Assembly: GCA_002269645.1 (NCBI GenBank)
Contig: NIVC01000890.1
Location: forward strand, 353,920 to 417,919
DNA from: Macrostomum lignano
Taxonomy: Eukaryota
Reading direction: 5' to 3'
Length of the DNA: 64,000 bases
In this document: positions 60,996 to 64,000 of the stretch, piece by piece
Layout: every line of letters starts with the position of its first letter
Numbering within the stretch: position 1 is the first letter of the stretch
The notes under the pieces: generated by a model
Told to the model about the DNA's origin: nothing
Seen by the model: the letters and a program-made list of their open reading frames with translations, nothing else
Database searches by the model: none
Translations under genes and position numbers: made by a program

Positions 60996-62068
60996 TTGAG
61001 GATGGAAAAAATTTACTTTGACCCACAACAGCCGGCTAGTTTTTCTAGTGCTTCCAAACTGTTGAATGAAGTTAGGAGAAGAGGAGATCGCAAATCCACT
61101 AAGTGCATAGAACAGTGGCTCAGCGAGCAGCCAGTGCACACCCTACACAAGCCAGCTAGGAGGCGATATCCAAGGGCCCCAATCATAGTGCGGGCTATCG
61201 ATGATCAGTGGGAACTTGACTTGGTAGAAATGATTCCATTCGCAAAGTATAATAAAGGCTACAAATATATTCTTACATGTATTGACGTACTGTCAAAGTG
61301 TGCTTGGGCCAAGGCACTGAAAAATAAAACTGCTACAGAAGTGAAGTCAGCTTTCGAGAGCATACTGAGAAGTTCAAAGCGCCAGCCACGCACAGTTCGC
61401 ACAGATCAGGGGAAGGAATTTATCAACTCCACTTTCCGTCAATACTGCATTGACAGAGGGATTCTGGCTTTCCCAACTAACAGCGAGCAGAAGGCGGCTG
61501 TCATTGAGCGATGGAATCGGACTCTGAAAAGTAGAATGTGGCGCTACTTCACCTACAAGAGCACACTGCACTGGCTTGATGTGCTGCCTAAGCTGGTAAA
61601 ATCTTACAACAATACCTATCACAGAAGCATCAAAATGGCACCCACTAGTGTCTGCAAAGAGAATGAATCTGAAGTGTGGATGAACCTGTACGACGGAAAA
61701 GCAGTCGAGACTCTAGAAAAATTAAGGAAGCCTAAATTCGCTGAAAACCAGTCAGTGAGAATTTCCAATGCTCCACGGCTATTCAAAAAGGAATACAAAG
61801 CGAGCTGGAGTGAGGAAGTGTACACCGTGGTGAGCAGAGCCCCAAAACATTATCCCTACATGTACAAGATTAAAGACTTGCGGGGGAAGAGATTCGAGGA
61901 CTCTTCCATGAGCACGAGCTGCAAGCTGTCCCGGACTCACAGCGGCTGTATGTGATTGAGAAGATCCTGAAAACGGAGAAGCGGAAGGGAAAAATTCGCT
62001 ATCTGGTGAAGTGGGCCGGCTACGATTCGACTGGCTGGGTGGATGAAAAAGACTTAAGAAAGGTTTAG
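60996..62068 (+). CDS. Polinton integrase with C-terminal chromodomain (1-bp frameshift at G5 61882-61886)
   Basis: WELDLVEM, IDVLSK, RTDQGKEF, IERWNRTLK (DDE). The -1 frame continues EEIRGLFHEHELQ..YVIEKIL..YLVKWAGY..WVDEKDL* to 62068. Confidence 0.92.
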
Positions 62069-62096
62069 CTTTGACACATCCCTCATCATGTAGTTT

Positions 62097-62915
62097 ATGA
62101 TTATAATGCGAACTATTTTGATTAACAGTGAGCATGCTGAAGGTACTCCTAGTGACTTTAATTTTTACCTGCCTTCACCTATTTACTTGGATCGAAATGT
62201 GGACTATGAGGCAGGTCTGGCTGAAATCCATCTGCCTGCTGCATGGTTCAATGTTGACGAGCCTTACTGCTTCACTGTCTCAGATGGAAGAGAGCATGAG
62301 GCCCTGGTTCTTCAACCCGGACGCTTTGCTAGAGTGGAGGAGCTGGTGGAGCGCCTGAATGAGCTGCTGGCCAACTCTGATTCGCTGTTCTTTGATGCGA
62401 TGAGTGACAGGGAGTCTGAGATGGAGGCTGATGAGTCCGGCCTGATGGGGCGTAGTGGCAACAGGGAATTCGGTATGAAGTTCGAAATCCGCAACTCACG
62501 AACTGTGGTGCACAACAACACGACGAGAGCAGAGCTGTTTCTCCCATCCAGCAAAATTCTGCATTGGCTGGGATTTGGAAACCAGGCTGTGAAAATCCAG
62601 CCAGGAAGCCGCGTGTCCGAGCATTGCATTGGCTGTCCGCGCACCAGCTTAATCAATGTACACTGCAGTGTCGTTGAGTCAACTAATTGCAACTGGGGCT
62701 CCTTGTTGAGAACAGTTGGAATGAAAGCTGGCATTGAATGGGGCAACTATCAAACAAAAATATTTAAGAAAACAATATTCTTCCCGATTCAACGAATCAG
62801 TCTTCTTCACAGCATTCGAGTTCAGCTGCGGGACATCTATGGTTGCCCACTGATTGCACAGACTCACAGCCCTGTTCTGCTCACAGTTCAGATTCGGGAG
62901 AAACGCATTCAATGA
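62097..62915 (+). CDS. Polinton minor capsid (penton-like) protein
   Basis: N-terminal TPSDFNFYLPSPIYL..YEAGLAEIHLP motif and position after the integrase; first ATG at ~62106. Confidence 0.75.
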   Translation: MIIMRTILINSEHAEGTPSDFNFYLPSPIYLDRNVDYEAGLAEIHLPAAWFNVDEPYCFTVSDGREHEALVLQPGRFARVEELVERLNELLANSDSLFFDAMSDRESEMEADESGLMGRSGNREFGMKFEIRNSRTVVHNNTTRAELFLPSSKILHWLGFGNQAVKIQPGSRVSEHCIGCPRTSLINVHCSVVESTNCNWGSLLRTVGMKAGIEWGNYQTKIFKKTIFFPIQRISLLHSIRVQLRDIYGCPLIAQTHSPVLLTVQIREKRIQ

Positions 62916-63299
62916 ACTACCAGCAGCTAATCCAGCGATATTCGGGGTGAGGACAGCACACGAAAAGCCTGCACTCTATGGCTGTGGGAGCTTTCCGGGG
63001 ATCATGACATACCAGCCTCCTCCAGCGGCTACATCATTATCCTCAACGCTTAGCAATGTCAGGCGCAAAAGAATGCTGAAGCAAGTCCGAAACGATTGAA
63101 GAAGAAGAAGCGCACCCGAAAGGCAACTGGTGGCGATCGCACCAATAAGAGGTGCAATGGAAGAAAGCCGAGCAAGGCTAGTAGGAAAAAGCTTAAGAAT
63201 AGGAAGACGAAAGCAAAGAAGAATAGAGCAGGCGGAGGAAAGCGAAAGCAAAAAGTCAGCAAGAAAACTGTGAAACGCGTGCTCGACTCTCTGTCATAG
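62912..63299 (+). CDS. Polinton Lys/Arg-rich core-like protein (~129 aa after repairing two 1-bp shifts)
   Basis: ATG overlaps the penton stop (caATGA). Adding one G (62944-62947) and one A (63067-63070) gives a continuous ORF ending KKTVKRVLDSLS*. Confidence 0.55.
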
Positions 63300-63301
63300 A
63301 C

Positions 63302-64000
63302 ATGGCTTACGGATTCAATCCCAGACTTGATTTATTTAAAACGCCCGTTTACAAACCTGCATTGAAAAAGCTACTTATGTTGATATTCACCCAGTTAATT
63401 CCATTACTGCAAACTCCCCCATTGAATTTGACTGCCACCAATCTGCCGATGAATACACAGATCTGCTAATTCTTTTCTTTATATTCGCTGCCGCCTTGTG
63501 AGACTGGATGGGGGTTTGCTGAGGGAGGATGTTCGAGATGGAGATGGCATCATCACCGATCGCAGAGACAGTGACGTGCACCCAGAAAACTTTGTTCTGT
63601 CTACAGCCTTCTCAGATGTAATTGTGAGCATTAACCAGCGAGTGGTGTCTGGTGGAGACCAACTCTATCCCTACCATGCGTACTTCAAAGCACTAATGAG
63701 CTCATCTGATGCCCAGCAACTAAAACTTTACCCAGCTGGCTTCCTGGAGCCGGACTCTGCAGCTGAAGAGCACACGGAGAGCCACAGGGAATCCCGATGG
63801 ATGGAGTATGCGGGGCCCCTCTTCAGCGATGTTTTCCAGTGCCCAGTGTTTCTGCTAAGCAATCTGCACTTGCACATCAAACTGGTCCCCAGCGATGGGG
63901 CCTTTGCCATCAGAACCCCGAATGCAAACAACGCGGCTTATCGCATGGAAATCTCTCACAGCATTCTGCATCTTCGCCGAGTCAAAGTGGGCCCCACATC
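63302..64000 (+). CDS. Polinton major capsid protein, partial (two 1-bp shifts near 63357 and 63465)
   Basis: LDLFKTP..IEK..YVDIHPVNSI..SPIEF..DEYTDL..SFLYIRC..FSDVIVSIN..YPYHAYF..GPLFSDVFQ..LLSNL..IKL..LHLRRVKVGP follows the Maverick MCP motif order. Confidence 0.8.

Larger units (their letters stand above)
58238..64000 (+). mobile_element. Polinton/Maverick endogenous virus, left end (continues beyond the window)
   Basis: AGTAGT-type terminus at 58238, then PC4-like ORF, retroviral-type integrase with chromodomain, penton-like, basic protein and major capsid ORFs. The other TIR and the TSD cannot be checked here. Confidence 0.9.

Noticed and set aside
61882-61890. Programmed -1 frameshift in the Polinton integrase
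   Set aside because: Not a canonical X XXY YYZ heptamer; four similar 1-bp deletions nearby point to sequence error or decay.

Overview
Eukaryotic (invertebrate metazoan) genomic DNA: spliceosomal GT-AG introns, GC-rich exons in AT-rich flanks, and many intronic minisatellites. This style is reminiscent of the flatworm Macrostomum, which is an inference only. Host genes from left to right: (1) a 6-TM TRP-like channel with two more copies at 25.7-27.8 kb and 29.7-30.7 kb, the third a pseudogene; the copies are a mosaic of near-identical and highly diverged blocks. (2) A Mab-21/cGAS-like nucleotidyltransferase (cGLR) that appears to splice in frame onto the upstream 1037-aa helical-repeat/ankyrin ORF, giving a predicted ~1589-aa ANK-cGLR. 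(3) A six-exon minus-strand gene invisible as one ORF in the track, encoding LUBAC-tethering motif + UBL + three HOIL-1/SHARPIN-type NZF fingers + a tankyrase-like PARP catalytic domain with intact H-Y-E. This is the top finding. (4) A Y-box cold-shock protein. (5) Three caveolins, two of them an inverted pair. (6) An F-type lectin-domain gene. Mobile DNA: a full-length 8.9-kb Ty3/Gypsy element (4-bp TSD, tRNA-Leu PBS, -1 slippery site, non-env third ORF) with a nested LINE fragment; a 5'-truncated RNase H LINE; a Penelope-like remnant; three tRNA/CORE SINEs; a MITE; and the left end of a Polinton/Maverick (terminus, PC4-like, integrase, penton, basic protein, major capsid) that runs off the window. 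All gene models and family assignments were made by eye from motifs and splice phases; no database searches were run.
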